A stretch of DNA of 64,000 bases from Clostridia bacterium (lineage in GTDB: Bacteria; Bacillota; Clostridia; Oscillospirales; UBA644), in contig JAGASR010000004.1 in NCBI GenBank assembly GCA_017621705.1, positions 10,633 through 74,632 on the forward strand. Reading direction: 5' to 3'. The notes under the pieces are model-generated. The model did no database searches and was not told the DNA's origin. It saw only the letters and a list, made by a program, of their open reading frames with translations. Each line of letters opens with the position of its first letter. Within the stretch, counting starts at the first letter, position 1. The position numbers and the translations under genes are program-made. Below are positions 18,928 through 29,587 of this stretch, one piece after another.

Positions 18928-19545
18928 TTATCTGATGAAATTCGTAAATTCGGGGAGCTCTCTTTCGGGAAGACCGTATTTTTCTTTGCCGAGCTCAATG
19001 GATTTCATTAAAAATGCCATGTTTCGCGCGAGAGTACGTGTCTGCTGAAGCCCCTCTTTATCGTCTCTTTCGTGCTCACCGAAGCCGCCGTGAACACCCG
19101 TCCAATACTGTCCCGAAGCGATCGGCATGCCGCTTATGGTGAAATATTTGTTCAGCTCATCGTGTGTCGCCGTTATTCCTCCGCGCCTTGCACAGCATAC
19201 TGCGGCGCCGACTTTCATCGTCTTTCTGAATTTCGTACTGTAAAAAAGTCTGTCAAGAACCGCAATAAGAGTGGCGTTTGCCGAAGCGTAATAAACGGGA
19301 CTGCCGAGAACAAGTCCGTCCGCCTGCTCGAATTTTACCGCAATTTCGTTGACTATATCATCAATGGCGCATTTGCCGGTCTTAAAACATGAGTAGCACG
19401 CAACGCAGCCCCTCACATTTTCAGCCCCCACATCAACTGTTTCAACCTCTATTCCCTGCTCTTCAAAAACCGCCTGCATTTCTTTCAACGCCATGGCAGT
19501 CGTGCCGCGAGTGTGCGGACTTCCGTTCAACATCAGAACTTTCAT
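18928..19545 (-). CDS. Flavodoxin-like fold NAD(P)H-dependent FMN reductase / iron-sulfur flavoprotein
   Basis: MLNGSPHTRGTT FMN-binding loop and a Cys cluster CVACYSC...C. Confidence 0.8.
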   Translation of the reverse strand: MKVLMLNGSPHTRGTTAMALKEMQAVFEEQGIEVETVDVGAENVRGCVACYSCFKTGKCAIDDIVNEIAVKFEQADGLVLGSPVYYASANATLIAVLDRLFYSTKFRKTMKVGAAVCCARRGGITATHDELNKYFTISGMPIASGQYWTGVHGGFGEHERDDKEGLQQTRTLARNMAFLMKSIELGKEKYGLPERELPEFTNFIR

Positions 19546-19620
19546 CTTTTAATCTTCCTTTCTTTTTTTTCTGTCTGAAATATGTTTATTTGCAAAATAT
19601 AATCGCGCCGAATGATTTTC

Positions 19621-20505
19621 TCAGGCATTTTTATCTCCGAGGGTATCCTTTATCATCAGATATGTGCTGACAGCGATCACGGTGAGCGCAAAATAGAAGT
19701 TGACGGCAGGGCGTTCACCTAAAAGTATGCTGAAAATTACGCCGAGAAACGGTGCGATCGAGTAGTATGCGCTTGTCTTCGCTGCTCCGAGATCTTTTTG
19801 CGCCGTTATATAAAAATTAATGCTCAAACCGTATGATATAAAGCCCAGTATCAGCGCACAGCCGATCCAGATCAATTCGGGGATTTTTTCACCGATTATC
19901 AATGCCGTAACAAGGCTTCCGAGCCCCGAAAAAATACCTTTTATAACAACTATTTCAACAGAGCTTTTGTTGCTTATCATTTTCGTGCAGTTGTTTTCGA
20001 AGCCCCAGCAGATGCACGCTGCGAGAACGAAGAGCGAGCCTTTGTTGAAGACGAGCGCCGCCTGCCCTTCAAACGAAAGCAGGATGCCTGCGATTATAAC
20101 AAGGATTATTGCCGCCCACAGCTTTTTTGAAATCTTTTCTTTGAATATTATCAATGCAATCAAAGAAGTCGCAACTATCTCAAAATTGTTGAGAAGCGAG
20201 GCATTTGCGGAGTTTGTCATCGTTAATCCGATCATTAGAAATATCGGTGCGAGAATATCCAGAACGACCATCGCTATTGTGTACGGAAGTTCTTTTCGGG
20301 TCAGCGGTTCTCTTTTGGTGCCTTTGCCTGTCAGCTTTTCCGTAAGCCCCCATATCAGAAGCCCGAGCCCAGCGCCGAGATATAAAAACGATGCCATCAT
20401 CGTCGGTTCGACGTGCTGTAAAAGGACTTTTGAGAACGGTATATTTATCGCATAAAGTGCGGCAGCGGAGATCGCATAAAATATTGCCGCTATCTTTGTT
20501 TTCAA
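19621..20505 (-). CDS. DMT superfamily (EamA-like) transporter
   Basis: About 10 hydrophobic helices in two EamA-like halves. Confidence 0.8.
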   Translation of the reverse strand: MKTKIAAIFYAISAAALYAINIPFSKVLLQHVEPTMMASFLYLGAGLGLLIWGLTEKLTGKGTKREPLTRKELPYTIAMVVLDILAPIFLMIGLTMTNSANASLLNNFEIVATSLIALIIFKEKISKKLWAAIILVIIAGILLSFEGQAALVFNKGSLFVLAACICWGFENNCTKMISNKSSVEIVVIKGIFSGLGSLVTALIIGEKIPELIWIGCALILGFISYGLSINFYITAQKDLGAAKTSAYYSIAPFLGVIFSILLGERPAVNFYFALTVIAVSTYLMIKDTLGDKNA

Positions 20506-20526
20506 CGGTTTTCTCTCCCTTTTCGG

Positions 20527-21228
20527 TCAGTTTTTGCACGCTCCGAGAAAATCCTCGAAGATCAGACGGTTGCAGTCGTCTTTATCCCATATTCTTTCGG
20601 GATGCCATTGGTATGCTCTCAGATATCGGTCGCTTTTAAGAAAGACCGCTTCGATGATATTGTCGTCCGACACCGCCATGATCTCGAGATCTTTTCCGAG
20701 GTCTTTTATCGCCTGATGATGAAAACTGTTTGCGATCATCTGTTCTTTGCCGATCAATTCATAAAGCGGTGTGTTTTTTCTGATATTGACTTCGTGAGAA
20801 GTCTCAAATTTCGCTTCTTTCTGCTGATGAAAAATATCTGACGGCTTTTCGGTCGGAAGATCCTGATAAAGCGTTCCTCCGAGCGCAACATTCACAAGCT
20901 GGATACCGCGGCAGATCGCAAGGATCGGCTTTTCCGTTCCGATCAGCGCGTTAAAGAGCCTGAGCTCAAGATCGTCTCTGTTCGGCTGGATCTCGCCGCA
21001 CGTCTCTTTTTTCGCTTCGCCGTAATGTCTCGGATCGATATCCGCGCCGCCCGTAAAAATAAAACCGTCGCAGATATTTATAAATTGCGTTAACGTTTCG
21101 TCTGCCGCCGCGCATGGGATAACTATCGGGATACCGCCCTGCCGTTCGACCGCTTTTACGTATGTGTCCTGTATTTTTACCGTCTTCTCGCCGTCTATTT
21201 CAGCGAGTATGCCGATTATCGGTTTCAT
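20527..21228 (-). CDS. Gamma-glutamyl hydrolase-type class I glutamine amidotransferase (peptidase C26)
   Basis: Nucleophile elbow AICRGIQ and FHHQAI. ATG 21228 has an AAAGGAG RBS. The track ORF is extended by 26 codons. Confidence 0.85.
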   Translation of the reverse strand: MKPIIGILAEIDGEKTVKIQDTYVKAVERQGGIPIVIPCAAADETLTQFINICDGFIFTGGADIDPRHYGEAKKETCGEIQPNRDDLELRLFNALIGTEKPILAICRGIQLVNVALGGTLYQDLPTEKPSDIFHQQKEAKFETSHEVNIRKNTPLYELIGKEQMIANSFHHQAIKDLGKDLEIMAVSDDNIIEAVFLKSDRYLRAYQWHPERIWDKDDCNRLIFEDFLGACKN

Positions 21229-21239
21229 ATTTTCTCCTT

Positions 21240-21986
21240 TTATCTTGCGTGCTGTATCAAGCCGATAATAAATAAATGCAAGGGATAGTATATGTAAAAA
21301 GACCACTTCATGATTTTGTTGGCAGTCTGGTTTTTACCGCGTTTTCCGTTATACATAAGCAATACGGGTATCGCCAGAACGACTGACATCTGAAGTATGC
21401 CGTAAATTTTATCTATCGAAAAGAAGTATACGGCGCTGTATATCGCAACATAGAATATCATCCACAGCATCTGCGTTTTGAAATTATCTCTGTTCGTTCC
21501 GAAAGCCAGAATGCAAAGACTTGCAACACAGCTCCAGTCGCTCGGAAAGCTTATAATGCAAATTAAGATGACGAGCAGTGTTTTTGTAATATCCCGATTG
21601 ATCTTTTTGCTGTTTACAACACGCAGCATCACAAGTCCCCATGCAAGCGACCACATAACACTCGTCTGATTTAATATTTCTCCGTAATAAAAAGGGACAA
21701 AGGACATGCAATCCACAAAATTTTCGGAGAAAAATATATATGCAAAGTGAGAAACAAAAGCAAAAATAAAAAGACGGCATGTGTATTTGTCGATATTTTT
21801 CGTGTAATGATAGCCTTCAGCTATAAAATAACACATTATCGGGCATGTTATCCTGCCTATAACATGCATCACGATCGGTATGACTTCTTGGGGATAATCC
21901 GGGAAAAGAAACCAGGCAATGTGATCTACGGTCATTGCGATGATCGCAATGAGTTTTATTGTGTTTGAATCAAGTATTTTTTTCAT
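21240..21986 (-). CDS. TraX family membrane protein
   Basis: N-terminal IKLIAIIAMTVDHIAW motif and a polytopic membrane profile. Confidence 0.75.
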   Translation of the reverse strand: MKKILDSNTIKLIAIIAMTVDHIAWFLFPDYPQEVIPIVMHVIGRITCPIMCYFIAEGYHYTKNIDKYTCRLFIFAFVSHFAYIFFSENFVDCMSFVPFYYGEILNQTSVMWSLAWGLVMLRVVNSKKINRDITKTLLVILICIISFPSDWSCVASLCILAFGTNRDNFKTQMLWMIFYVAIYSAVYFFSIDKIYGILQMSVVLAIPVLLMYNGKRGKNQTANKIMKWSFYIYYPLHLFIIGLIQHAR

Positions 21987-22118
21987 TTATATATTTACGG
22001 TTGATCTGTTGACCTATTCTTTAGTTAAACACACGACAGATTCCACAGTTGTCCCTTTAGGTAGGGAGTCTACCAAAGTATTTGACATATTGGAATTTGT
22101 TTGTTCTCTTCACTTAAA

Positions 22119-22526
22119 TTAATTGTACTCAAACTCAAAATCACCATCCACACATTCGCCTATCGTTTCGAGAATAATGTAGATTGATTTTTCGTTATCA
22201 TATTTATCATCAAGTATAATGGTTTCGTCGTAGGATTCTCCGCCCTTGACAATAAGGAGCAATTCTTTTTCACCATCAACACCGATATAAACATTCATCT
22301 CGCCTTCAGCAAGACTTGCTTCAAAACCAAGTGTATGCTCAGCAATACCATCTCTTCTTAATTTGAAATTATTCGTTCCCTTAAAGGTATCAAATTTCAT
22401 ACTTGCTTCATTGCCCTGACAGGAAGTAATCAAAATGGTTGCAGAATAACTCTTGACATATCCCCCACAACTACAGAGCATAAATAATGTAAGTATCAGT
22501 ACCAATACAAAACATACTTTTTTCAT
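22119..22526 (-). CDS. Hypothetical lipoprotein
   Basis: Signal peptide with lipobox LFMLCSC. No recognisable domain. Confidence 0.6.
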   Translation of the reverse strand: MKKVCFVLVLILTLFMLCSCGGYVKSYSATILITSCQGNEASMKFDTFKGTNNFKLRRDGIAEHTLGFEASLAEGEMNVYIGVDGEKELLLIVKGGESYDETIILDDKYDNEKSIYIILETIGECVDGDFEFEYN

Positions 22527-22574
22527 ACCTGTATTCCCCTTTATATTTTATTTTATCAAATTCAAGTTTGTCAG

Positions 22575-23990
22575 TCAGTTCGCCTTTGTTTTCAAGTCCT
22601 TCGTCTGAACCGAAATGCGGATATAATCGTCGGCTTTTTCCCTACTTAAAAGAACAACGCTCTCCACATGCTGTGTTCTCGGGAACATATCGAAAGGCTT
22701 GATGTCGCCCTGTTTATAGCCGAAAGCGGAGAGAGCGAGGATATCTTTCGCCTGCGTTTCGGGGTTGCAGCTGATGTAGACCACTCTCTTCGGATCGAGG
22801 CGCGCGATTGCGTTAACGGCTTCCGTTCCGAGGCCTTTTCTCGGAGGGTCAACGATGATTATATCGGGGTAACCGCCGCATTTTTCAACTATTTTCAATG
22901 TGTCTGCGGCATCTGCGGCGAAAAATTCGGCATTGTCGATCCCGTTTAGTTTTGCGTTCTTTTTCGCATCGTTTATCGCTTCTTCGATGATCTCTATGCC
23001 GACAACACGCTTCGCACCCGCTTTTGCGGCAAGCAGGGTGATCGTTCCGATTCCGCAGAAAAGGTCAAGAACTGTGTCTTCGGGGGTGATCTTTGCAAGC
23101 GAGATCGCGTAAGAATAAAGGTTTTCGGTCTGCTCGCGGTTAATCTGATAAAAAGCTCTCGGGCTTATTTCGTATTTTACGCCGCAGAGCGAATCCGTGA
23201 TCGTTTCTTTACCGTATATCAGACGGAAATTTCTGCCGAGGACTGTGTTTCCGCGAGTCGTATTTTCGTTGATAAAGATGCTCGTTGCCCCGTTCCTTGC
23301 CATTTCGTCCGCAAAAGCTTTTTCGTTTGGCAGTTTTTTACCGTTTATTACGGCGCAGACGGAGATCTCGCCCGTCGATCTTGCCGCACGAAGATAAAGC
23401 TGACGGAAAAGACCTTTGCCCGTCACTTCATCGTAAGGTTCCACTTTGTTTTCAGCTATGTATTTTTCGGCGGCGATAAGGAATTTATTGAACGCTCGGT
23501 CCTGCAGATAACAAGCGTTGTTTTCGATATTACGGTGACTTGCACGGGCGTAAAAACCGAATTTACCGTTCTTCGAAAGCGGGCAGATGACTTTGTTTCG
23601 GTAATATTCGAGGGTGGGGGAGGGGAAAGTCGGAAGCGGATCGGGAAAGTCCGTAAGGCTTCTTCTGAACGCATTGACAACCGAACGGCGCTTGATCTCG
23701 AGCTCCGTTTTGTAATCCATATTGAGATAAACACAGCCGCCGCATTTATCGAAAGTCGGGCACGGCGGTTCGATCCTTGAAGGTGACGGTTCAAGGATGT
23801 TTTCGATTATTCCGTAAGCGAATGTCTTTTCCGTTTTGACGATGCGGCAAAGTATGCGGTCGCCGGGGATAGCGTTGTGGATAAAAATAATAAATTTATC
23901 CAGTTCACCGTCCGAATACTGCGCGACACCGAGCCCCGCAAAGCTTACATCTGTTATTTTTACATCTAAAATATCGTTTTTCTTTATCAT
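22575..23990 (-). CDS. rlmD: 23S rRNA (uracil-5-)-methyltransferase RlmD/RumA family
   Basis: N-terminal TRAM domain, Fe-S Cys cluster (CPTFDKCGGC), and SAM motif LDLFCGIGT. Confidence 0.9.
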   Translation of the reverse strand: MIKKNDILDVKITDVSFAGLGVAQYSDGELDKFIIFIHNAIPGDRILCRIVKTEKTFAYGIIENILEPSPSRIEPPCPTFDKCGGCVYLNMDYKTELEIKRRSVVNAFRRSLTDFPDPLPTFPSPTLEYYRNKVICPLSKNGKFGFYARASHRNIENNACYLQDRAFNKFLIAAEKYIAENKVEPYDEVTGKGLFRQLYLRAARSTGEISVCAVINGKKLPNEKAFADEMARNGATSIFINENTTRGNTVLGRNFRLIYGKETITDSLCGVKYEISPRAFYQINREQTENLYSYAISLAKITPEDTVLDLFCGIGTITLLAAKAGAKRVVGIEIIEEAINDAKKNAKLNGIDNAEFFAADAADTLKIVEKCGGYPDIIIVDPPRKGLGTEAVNAIARLDPKRVVYISCNPETQAKDILALSAFGYKQGDIKPFDMFPRTQHVESVVLLSREKADDYIRISVQTKDLKTKAN

Positions 23991-24153
23991 GATCTTTCCC
24001 GAAAAATTAACTTGATTTATTATTTAATTATAATACGATTTTCGGGTTCTGTCAAGCGTTTGTTGCGTAATGTCACCGTTTGCGGCGGCGGAATATAATG
24101 ATAACAGATAAGCCTTTGCGTTTATCGAGAATAAAATAAAAAGGAATGATAAA

Positions 24154-24426
24154 ATGAACGAAATGATAATGAGCCCGACCGAAGAATGTATCCCCGTGAT
24201 GCTCGGTTTTTCGGAAGGCGCAAGCTGTCAGTTAAAAAAAGACTGCGACAGGGATCATTGGTCCTGCGATTTTTCCGCGGTTGACGCTTTTCCCCTTGCC
24301 ATGTCTTATGTCCCCATGCAGAAATTCAAAAACCTTTACGATACAGAAAAAGCTCTTTGCCGAGGCACTCTTTTTGAAGACCTCGATCTTCCTTTCAAGG
24401 GCGAGAGGGGAGGCGGACTTAAATGA
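24154..24426 (+). CDS. cotJA: Spore coat-associated protein CotJA
   Basis: Conserved PLAMSYVPMQ...ALCRGTLFEDLDLPF segment. First gene of a cotJABC arrangement. Confidence 0.8.
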   Translation: MNEMIMSPTEECIPVMLGFSEGASCQLKKDCDRDHWSCDFSAVDAFPLAMSYVPMQKFKNLYDTEKALCRGTLFEDLDLPFKGERGGGLK

Positions 24427-24668
24427 CCGAACAGCAGCAGCTCAAAAAGAACATCTGCGAACAGCATTTTGCCGCCGTTGACGTCAATCTCTATCTTGAC
24501 ACTCATCCGCACGATAAAAAGGCGCTCGAAGCAATGAGCCGTTATACAAAAAAATATAACGAACTCAAAAAAATCTACGAACAAAAATACGGACCTCTCG
24601 ATATTTTCGCACCCATTAACGGCGAATGCTGGCAATGGATAGAAAGTCCGTGGCCGTGGGAAAATTAA
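24423..24668 (+). CDS. cotJB: Spore coat protein CotJB
   Basis: LYLDTHPHD...YGPL...SPWPWE signature. ATGA overlap with cotJA. Confidence 0.85.
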   Translation: MTEQQQLKKNICEQHFAAVDVNLYLDTHPHDKKALEAMSRYTKKYNELKKIYEQKYGPLDIFAPINGECWQWIESPWPWEN

Positions 24669-24680
24669 GGAGGCAGAAAA

Positions 24681-25103
24681 ATGTTTGTTTACGAAAAGAA
24701 ATTACAGTATCCCATTAATATCAAACGTCCGAATCTGAAACTTGCAAAGATCATCGCAAGTCAGTACGGCGGCCCGAACGGTGAACTCGGCGCTTCGCTC
24801 CGCTATCTCAGCCAACGCTTTGCAATGCCGTATGAAGAACTCAAGGCGGCATTTACGGACATCGGAAATGAAGAACTTTCTCATCTCGAGATGGTGGGCA
24901 CAATCATTTATCAGCTGACGAAAGGTGTCAGCGTCGAGGAAGTCGAAAAGTGCGGCTTTGCAGATTATTTTGTCGATCATACCACGGGCATTTATCCGCA
25001 GAGCGCAGGCGGTACGCCTTTTACTGCCGCCATGATCGCTTCTTCCGGCGACGTCATCGCTGACCTCAGCGAAAATTTGGCTGCCGATGGCACGACCTTG
25101 TAA
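24681..25103 (+). pseudogene. cotJC: cotJC (Mn-catalase family spore coat protein), 5' portion interrupted by the ICE
   Basis: 135 codons of CotJC-like sequence (GELGASLRYL, EELSHLEM) are followed after 25087 by 5 element-derived codons and a stop. Confidence 0.85.
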
Positions 25104-25318
25104 GTGCAACCTTTTTTAAAAAGCTTGAAATCAAGCGGTTTTTTGAAGGTCGCAGACTGTACAAGCTTTCATAGGGTACGATGTTGTAAGGACAACAATG
25201 TTAAAAATACGATAGTACAAGCTGTTTTCACCGTAAACCTTAATGTGACGTTCATAATCGGAACGTCATTTTTTGTTGTTCAAAATCACATAAGAAAAAT
25301 TAAGGGAGTGTGGAATAA

Positions 25319-26215
25319 ATGGCAGTATTTAGAGTTGAAAAGAATAAGGGTTATACGGTTATGAGTAACCATCATTTAAGAAATAAGGAGTTGTCATTAA
25401 AAGCGAAGGGATTACTTTCTCAAATGTTGTCTTTACCGGAAGATTGGGATTATACTCTCGCCGGATTATCTCATATAAACAAGGAAAGTATCGATGCTGT
25501 AAGAACTGCAGTATGGGAACTTGAAAGATTGGGATATATAGAAAGACATCAGGGCAGAGATGAAAAAGGTAAGATGACAGCTATTGAATATATAATCTAT
25601 GAAACACCGAAAAATAAAGAAGAACAGCCGGTGTTGGAAAATCCAACTACGGTTGAACCGATATTGGAAAACCCGGTATTGGAAAATCCAACATCGGATA
25701 ATCCGACATCGGAAAATCCAACGGAAATAAATAAAGATATATTAATTACTGATTTAAAAAATAAAGATAAACAAACTACGTATTCAATTCCCTTCCTTTC
25801 CTTATCTTCAAAGTTTGGGGAAAGGAAAAGAAAGGATGTTGCTACGCAGAGTATTGTTGAAATGTATAAGGAACTAATCAAGGAGAATATTGAGTATGAC
25901 ATATTGTGTCAGGACAGCAATATTGAAAAAGACCGTTTGGATGAAATTGTAGATATTATGATTGAGACAGTATGTACTTCGAGAAAAACAATTCGTATTG
26001 CCGGTGATGATTTCCCGTCTGAACTTGTAAAAAGCAAGTTTATGAAGATTAACAGCTCACATATTCAGTTTGTTTTTGACAGTATGAGAGAGAACACTTC
26101 TAAAATACGTAATATAAAGCAATACATAAAAGCGGTTCTTTTTAATGCTCCGTCAACAATGGGGAATTATTATACAGCTCTTGTAGCTCATGACATGGCA
26201 AGCGGTAAGTTCTGA
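25319..26215 (+). CDS. ICE replication-initiator-like/HTH protein (DUF6017-type)
   Basis: N-terminal winged-helix-like YTVMSNHHLRNKELSLKAKGLLS, an ENPT peptide repeat, and first-gene position in the element. Confidence 0.6.
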   Translation: MAVFRVEKNKGYTVMSNHHLRNKELSLKAKGLLSQMLSLPEDWDYTLAGLSHINKESIDAVRTAVWELERLGYIERHQGRDEKGKMTAIEYIIYETPKNKEEQPVLENPTTVEPILENPVLENPTSDNPTSENPTEINKDILITDLKNKDKQTTYSIPFLSLSSKFGERKRKDVATQSIVEMYKELIKENIEYDILCQDSNIEKDRLDEIVDIMIETVCTSRKTIRIAGDDFPSELVKSKFMKINSSHIQFVFDSMRENTSKIRNIKQYIKAVLFNAPSTMGNYYTALVAHDMASGKF

Positions 26216-26229
26216 AAGGGGGTAGTCCT

Positions 26230-26694
26230 ATGCAAGATGAGGTCAATGAAAAAGTGGTTGCAATATCTGTTAAAGCATCAGGAATAACACTTGAAGTACT
26301 TCAAAAGGCAGTAATAAAACTTCTTCAGGAGATGAAAAAACAAAAAGGAAAAACAAAACACGGAAAACAGACACTTAAACAGCTTATGAAACAGGATGTC
26401 GGTGTTTCGAATATCGAAATAACTGATGGAAATATTAAGGGCTTTACGAGTATAGCAAAAAAATACGGTGTGGATTTCGCACTGAAAAAAGATTCAAGCG
26501 AAAATCCGCCACGTTATTTAGTTTTTTTCAAAGGCAGAGATGCAGATGTTTTAACTGCAGTGTTCAAGGAGTTTTCCGCTATGAAGTTAAAACAAAAGAA
26601 AACTTCTTTACTTGAAACATTAGCCGATGCAAAGGCAGAAGCAAACTTACAGATACCAAAAGAAAAAATAACAGACAGGGGGCTTTCAAGATGA
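26230..26694 (+). CDS. PcfB-family (DUF3801) conjugation accessory protein
   Basis: Size, position directly before the coupling protein, and sequence resemblance by eye. Confidence 0.55.
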   Translation: MQDEVNEKVVAISVKASGITLEVLQKAVIKLLQEMKKQKGKTKHGKQTLKQLMKQDVGVSNIEITDGNIKGFTSIAKKYGVDFALKKDSSENPPRYLVFFKGRDADVLTAVFKEFSAMKLKQKKTSLLETLADAKAEANLQIPKEKITDRGLSR

Positions 26695-28436
26695 AAAAGA
26701 TAATAGTTTTACATCTTCCGTATCTTCTGTTTGTGTATCTTTTCGGAAAACTTTCTCAGTTTGTAAGGCTTATGGAGGGAGACACTGTTACTGAAAAAAT
26801 TCTATCACTTAGTGACGGTAATTCCGCGTTTGATTCATTTGTGCCAAGCATATACCCAACAGATTTATTGATCGGGATAGCCGGTGCTGTAATTATTCGT
26901 GTAATCGTGTATTTGAAAACATTAAATGCAAAGAAGTACAGAAAAGGCGTGGAATACGGTTCTGCTCGTTGGGGGAATGCTCAGGATATAAAACCGTATA
27001 TGGATTCAGAGATTAAAAATAATGTAATACTCACGCAAACCGAAGGACTGATGATGTCAAACCGCCCGAAGAATCCAAAGTATGCAAGAAATAAGAACGT
27101 TTTAGTTGTCGGCGGTAGCGGAAGCGGTAAAACACGTTTCTATGTTAAGCCAAATCTAATGCAAATGCACAGCAGTTATGTTGTGTCAGACCCGAAAGGA
27201 ACTCTTTTAACTGAATGCGGAAAACTGCTTCAAAAAGGCGGTTATGAAATAAAAGTTCTGAATACGGTGAATTTCAAGAAATCTATGAAATACAATCCGC
27301 TTTCATACATAAGGGACGAAAAAGATATTTTGAAACTTGTAAATATACTCATAGAAAACACTAAAGGTATGGGAGAAAAGCAGAATGAAGACTTTTGGGT
27401 AAAAGCTGAAAAACTGTATTATTCGGCTCTTATAGGCTACATCTGGTATGAAGCTCCCGAAAGTGAGAAAAACTTTTCTACACTTCTTGAAATGATAAAT
27501 GCATCGGAAACAAGAGAAGATGATGAAAACTATAAAAATGCAGTAGACATTATGTTTGAACAGCTTGAAGAAAAATCTCCTGAACACTTTGCGGTACGCC
27601 AATATAAAAAATATAAGTTATCCGCAGGTAAGACAGCTAAAAGTATACTTATTTCATGTGGAGCAAGACTTTCACCATTCGATATAAAAGAACTTCGTGA
27701 TTTAATGGAGTATGACGAGCTTGAACTTGATACCTTGGGAGACAGAAAAACAGCATTGTTTATTATAACAAGTGATACAGACAGTACTTTTGATTTTGTG
27801 ACGGCTCTTGTTTGTTCTCAGATGTTTAATACTCTGTGTACAAAGGCAGATGATGTATACGGTGGACGTTTACCCATTCACGTCAGATGTTTACTTGATG
27901 AATTTGCAAATATTAAAATACCTGATATGCAAAGGCTTATAGCTGTTTTAAGAAGTAGAGAAATATCCGCTTCTTTGGTGGTTCAGTCTCAAAGTCAGTT
28001 AAAAGCAGTATATAAAGACCACGCAGATACAATAGTCGGCAACTGTGATTCACTTCTTTTCTTGGGCGGTAAAGAGAAAACAACACTGAAAGAAATCTCT
28101 GAAATCTTAGGAAAAGAAACAATAGACAGTTACAACACAAGCGAAAATAGAGGACGGGAAGTTTCTCACGGTCTTAATTACCAAAAACTCGGGAAGGAGT
28201 TGATGTCACAAGATGAACTTGCGGTTATGGATGGGGTAAAATGTGTTTTACAGATTCGGGGTATAAGACCGTTCTTTTCGGACAAGTACGATATAACAAA
28301 GCACCCGAATTATAAATACTTATCTGACTATGACCCTAAAAACGCTTTTGATATTGAAAAAATGTTGAAACGTAAAAAATCAATAATCAGGCCTGATGAA
28401 GTTTTTGATTATTACAAAATCGACTTGCAGGATTGA
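26691..28436 (+). CDS. Type IV coupling protein (VirD4/TraG family)
   Basis: Two N-terminal TM helices, Walker A VVGGSGSGKT, Walker B-like LLDEFAN. Confidence 0.9.
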   Translation: MKKIIVLHLPYLLFVYLFGKLSQFVRLMEGDTVTEKILSLSDGNSAFDSFVPSIYPTDLLIGIAGAVIIRVIVYLKTLNAKKYRKGVEYGSARWGNAQDIKPYMDSEIKNNVILTQTEGLMMSNRPKNPKYARNKNVLVVGGSGSGKTRFYVKPNLMQMHSSYVVSDPKGTLLTECGKLLQKGGYEIKVLNTVNFKKSMKYNPLSYIRDEKDILKLVNILIENTKGMGEKQNEDFWVKAEKLYYSALIGYIWYEAPESEKNFSTLLEMINASETREDDENYKNAVDIMFEQLEEKSPEHFAVRQYKKYKLSAGKTAKSILISCGARLSPFDIKELRDLMEYDELELDTLGDRKTALFIITSDTDSTFDFVTALVCSQMFNTLCTKADDVYGGRLPIHVRCLLDEFANIKIPDMQRLIAVLRSREISASLVVQSQSQLKAVYKDHADTIVGNCDSLLFLGGKEKTTLKEISEILGKETIDSYNTSENRGREVSHGLNYQKLGKELMSQDELAVMDGVKCVLQIRGIRPFFSDKYDITKHPNYKYLSDYDPKNAFDIEKMLKRKKSIIRPDEVFDYYKIDLQD

Positions 28437-28483
28437 TTATAAATATTATCAAGCCGAAAACGGCAGAAAGAGAGGAAAACGAC

Positions 28484-28702
28484 ATGAGTTTTTTCACTTC
28501 AGCAATCGGAGTATTGCAAACACTTGTAATTGCCTTAGGGGCAGGGCTTGGACTTTGGGGAATTATTAATCTTCTTGAAGGTTACGGCGGAGATAATCCC
28601 TCGGCAAAAAGTCAGGGTATTAAACAGCTTATGGCTGGCGGTGGTGTTGCGCTTATTGGTTCAACGCTGATTCCGCTGTTGACAGGGTTATTCGGTGGGT
28701 AG
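28484..28702 (+). CDS. Maff2-family small membrane protein
   Basis: 72 aa with two TM helices. ATG 28484 has a GAGAGG RBS. The track ORF is extended by 17 codons. Confidence 0.6.
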   Translation: MSFFTSAIGVLQTLVIALGAGLGLWGIINLLEGYGGDNPSAKSQGIKQLMAGGGVALIGSTLIPLLTGLFGG

Positions 28703-28705
28703 CAT

Positions 28706-29575
28706 ATGCAGAATCTTTTTGAGGCAATAACCGAATGGATAAAGGAAAACCTTATAGGAGTAATAAACGGTAATTTATCCAATATGTTCGGTGATGTAAA
28801 TGAGAAAGTCGGAACTATAGCTACTGAAGTAGGTAAGACTCCGCAAGGTTGGAACGTAAGTATATTTTCAATGGTTCAGACCCTATCTGAAAATGTAATT
28901 GTCCCGATAGCCGGAATTATTATTACATATGTTCTTTGCTATGAACTTATCTCGATGATAACGGAAAAGAATAATCTGCACGACCTGGATACATTTATGT
29001 TTTTTAAGTGGTTCTTTAAAGCGTGGGTGGCGGTTTATATCGTTACTCACACTTTTGATATTACAATGGCAGTATTTGAGCTTTCACAAAACATAGTATC
29101 AAAATCCGCAGGGGTAATAAATGTGACAACAAGCATAGATGTAACTTCAGCATTAGCTTCTATGAAGGTCGGACTTGATATGATGGAAGTCCCGGAACTT
29201 TTACTTCTCGTAATGGAAACAGGAATTGTAAGTTTAAGTATGAAAATAATGTCTGTACTTATAACTGTTATACTGTATGGAAGAATGATTGAAATATATC
29301 TGTATTGTTCAATAGCTCCGATACCGTTTGCAACAATAACGAACCGGGAATGGGGACAAATAGGCAGTAATTATTTAAAAAGTCTTTTTGCTCTCGGTTT
29401 TCAGGGTTTCTTGATTATGATTTGCATAGGTATCTACTCCGTACTTGTAAACAGTATGATAATAGCTAATAACTTACACAGTGCAATATTTTCACTTGCT
29501 TCATATACAGTTATTCTGTGCTTTTCTCTGTTTAAGACAGGCTCACTGTCTAAAGCTATTTTTAATGCACATTAA
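28706..29575 (+). CDS. VirB6/TrbL-like polytopic T4SS membrane protein (CD1112-type)
   Basis: About 6 TM helices and the conserved position between the Maff2 and PrgI genes. Confidence 0.6.
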   Translation: MQNLFEAITEWIKENLIGVINGNLSNMFGDVNEKVGTIATEVGKTPQGWNVSIFSMVQTLSENVIVPIAGIIITYVLCYELISMITEKNNLHDLDTFMFFKWFFKAWVAVYIVTHTFDITMAVFELSQNIVSKSAGVINVTTSIDVTSALASMKVGLDMMEVPELLLLVMETGIVSLSMKIMSVLITVILYGRMIEIYLYCSIAPIPFATITNREWGQIGSNYLKSLFALGFQGFLIMICIGIYSVLVNSMIIANNLHSAIFSLASYTVILCFSLFKTGSLSKAIFNAH

Positions 29576-29587
29576 GGAGGTATACTT

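Noticed and set aside
21987-22118. ~130-nt leader upstream of traX with short hairpins, considered as a riboswitch
   Set aside because: I could not match it to any riboswitch consensus I know, and I found no terminator/antiterminator alternative. It is left unannotated.
25104-25364. 86-aa ORF spanning the ICE left end into the first ICE gene
   Set aside because: It has no RBS, an implausible composition, and overlaps the start of the well-supported 25319 gene. It is treated as non-coding attL-proximal DNA.
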